Source: Haliotis rufescens | Lineage: Eukaryota | Assembly: GCF_023055435.1 (NCBI RefSeq) | Contig: NW_025964112.1 | Coordinates: 15,562,001-15,626,000, forward strand | Length of the DNA stretch: 64,000 bases | Reading direction: 5' to 3' | In this document: one piece after another, positions 63,793 through 64,000 of the stretch | How positions within the stretch are numbered: position 1 is the first letter of the stretch | Layout: each line of letters opens with the position of its first letter | Notes under the pieces: model-generated | What the model saw: the letters and a program-made list of their open reading frames with translations, nothing else | Databases searched by the model: none | Told to the model about the DNA's origin: nothing | Position numbers and translations under genes: made by a program

Positions 63793-64000
63793 AAGATCTT
63801 TTTAGCCGTCTGCGTTATTTACATAAGCCTATTCATATCAACATTATATACTCACCGCCAAAAGAAACATACGGAGAAGTATGTACGTCAAGAAGAGACA
63901 CTTAATGACAAAACTAACAATCAGTCAAGTGTTACAATAGCGTGTCTTTATTCTTATCGCGATATGCTGCACGTGATTTCCAAATGGCGCATCTCGAGTC

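Overview
AT-rich animal genomic DNA, not prokaryotic. The SINE families match what I recall from gastropod molluscs, especially abalone (Haliotis); this is recollection, not a search result. I recognise no protein-coding gene, rRNA, true tRNA or CRISPR array, and none of the listed ORFs looks like a host protein. The window is intronic or intergenic and dense in mobile DNA. It holds three short retroposon families that share one 3' end: a headless family A with a structured 5' end, tRNA-derived family B, and tRNA-Leu-like family C. It also holds a Meta-domain SINE, two 3' LINE fragments with a CCHC zinc knuckle, older decayed LINE pieces, several MITE families (some nested), a hairpin-rich element, and three minisatellites (29 bp, 50/51 bp, degenerate ~26 bp). 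A perfect 693-bp tandem duplication lies at 27588-28976. The left ~29 kb looks CpG-depleted, as in a methylated gene body. The right ~35 kb is CpG-rich and carries promoter- and CTCF-like motifs. The best leads are the pseudoknot-like 5' RNA of family A, the two-hairpin 50/51-bp array, a 283-nt nested-stem region near 58.1-58.4 kb, and the hairpin element at 26.5-27.2 kb. None is demonstrated to be a new system.
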